Shown here one piece after another: positions 45,338 to 45,651 of a stretch of 45,651 nucleotides of DNA. The translations under genes were made by a program, and so were the position numbers. Position 1 is the stretch's first letter, and each line of letters starts with the position of its first letter. A model generated the notes under the pieces. The model ran no database searches and was not told the origin of the DNA. It saw only the letters and a list, made by a program, of their open reading frames with translations. The DNA is from Desulfurococcales archaeon ex4484_58 (GTDB lineage: Archaea; Thermoproteota; Thermoprotei_A; Sulfolobales; Desulfurococcaceae), in the NCBI GenBank assembly GCA_002254665.1, contig NJDP01000001.1, forward strand, positions 1-45,651. Direction: 5' to 3'.

Positions 45338-45651
45338 ATGGTTTTTAATGATGGAGATTTCATATTAGTCGAGTATAGTGTCAGGGTTAAGGAGACTGGT
45401 AACCTGGTTGATACTTCTAATGAGGATCTAGCTAAGAAGGAGGGGGTATATGATTCTGATAGATTATATGGTCCAACATTGATAGTTATTGGTAAGAAGT
45501 GGATTAACGAAGTAGTAGAGAATGTATTGAAGGAAATGAGTGTTGGCGAAGAGAAGACTGTAGAGGTTCCACCGGAGAAAGCTTTTGGACCGCGTGACCC
45601 CGGTAAAGTTAAGGTTTTTAGCATACGTGAGTTTCAGAGGAGGGGTATTAA
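45338..45651 (+). CDS. FKBP-type peptidyl-prolyl cis-trans isomerase, N-terminal 104 aa (3' end outside the window)
   Basis: My own translation: MVFNDGDFILVEYSVRVKETGNLVDTSNEDLAKKEGVYDSDRLYGPTLIVIGKKWINEVVENVLKEMSVGEEKTVEVPPEKAFGPRDPGKVKVFSIREFQRRGI. It shows archaeal FKBP/SlyD-type motifs. It is absent from the ORF track, which lists only the antisense shadow ORF 45232..45624. Confidence 0.85.
   Translation, partial: MVFNDGDFILVEYSVRVKETGNLVDTSNEDLAKKEGVYDSDRLYGPTLIVIGKKWINEVVENVLKEMSVGEEKTVEVPPEKAFGPRDPGKVKVFSIREFQRRGI

Noticed and set aside
1038-45624. Numerous 60-110 aa antisense or overlapping ORFs in the track (for example 1038..1262, 2001..2270, 3363..3665, 4540..4776, 5261..5605, 7170..7391, 10224..10451, 13907..14143, 15252..15440, 15531..15809, 16311..16568, 16758..17006, 19279..19533, 20373..20570, 23689..23904, 25274..25489, 25683..26025, 28383..28697, 29449..29652, 29835..30104, 32800..33087, 35749..36078, 37603..37926, 42037..42228, 42625..42891, 44630..44842, 45232..45624)
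   Set aside because: Each lies inside, and antisense to or out of frame with, a longer gene that has clear family motifs. Their translations are low-complexity (Ser/Leu/Ile-rich) shadow frames.

Overview
AT-rich archaeal chromosome segment (about 35% GC by eye) in which stable-RNA genes stand out as GC-rich islands. Together with reverse gyrase, this points to a hyperthermophile. Two Alba paralogs, Elf1, Topo VI, RadA, RtcB, a tRNA-splicing endonuclease subunit, GGGP synthase and intron-containing tRNAs fit a crenarchaeote; Desulfurococcales-like is only a guess. Most of the window is housekeeping: PCNA (partial), porGDAB, Sec61beta, GGGPS, RpiA, HisRS, ThrRS, Topo VI B/A, RadA, an XPB helicase, reverse gyrase between two alba genes, Tsr3, L37e/SmAP, and an FKBP (partial, missing from the ORF track). 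There is also a small type IV pilus locus. Features the ORF track does not explain: (1) An ORF-free, AT-rich 0.7 kb region (40864-41523) carries seven ORB-like repeats in both orientations. I read it as a chromosomal replication origin with no orc1/cdc6 gene anywhere in the window. (2) A type-A RNase P RNA lies next to it (41599-41993), hidden under spurious GC-rich ORFs. (3) At least seven C/D-box sRNA candidates lie between 22.4 and 32.8 kb. They use a recurrent variant box pair (RUGAAGA with CAGA/CGGA) that covaries as a K-turn predicts, and two guides match conserved LSU rRNA sequences recalled from memory. (4) A 3 kb operon (aspartate racemase plus pxpA/B/C) is broken by multiple frameshifts, followed by a frameshifted methyltransferase and about 0.75 kb with no ORF. 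(5) A GC-rich K-turn-like hairpin lies upstream of the por operon. (6) Two tRNAs carry anticodon-loop introns. No CRISPR array, intact mobile element, rRNA or recognisable defence system was found.
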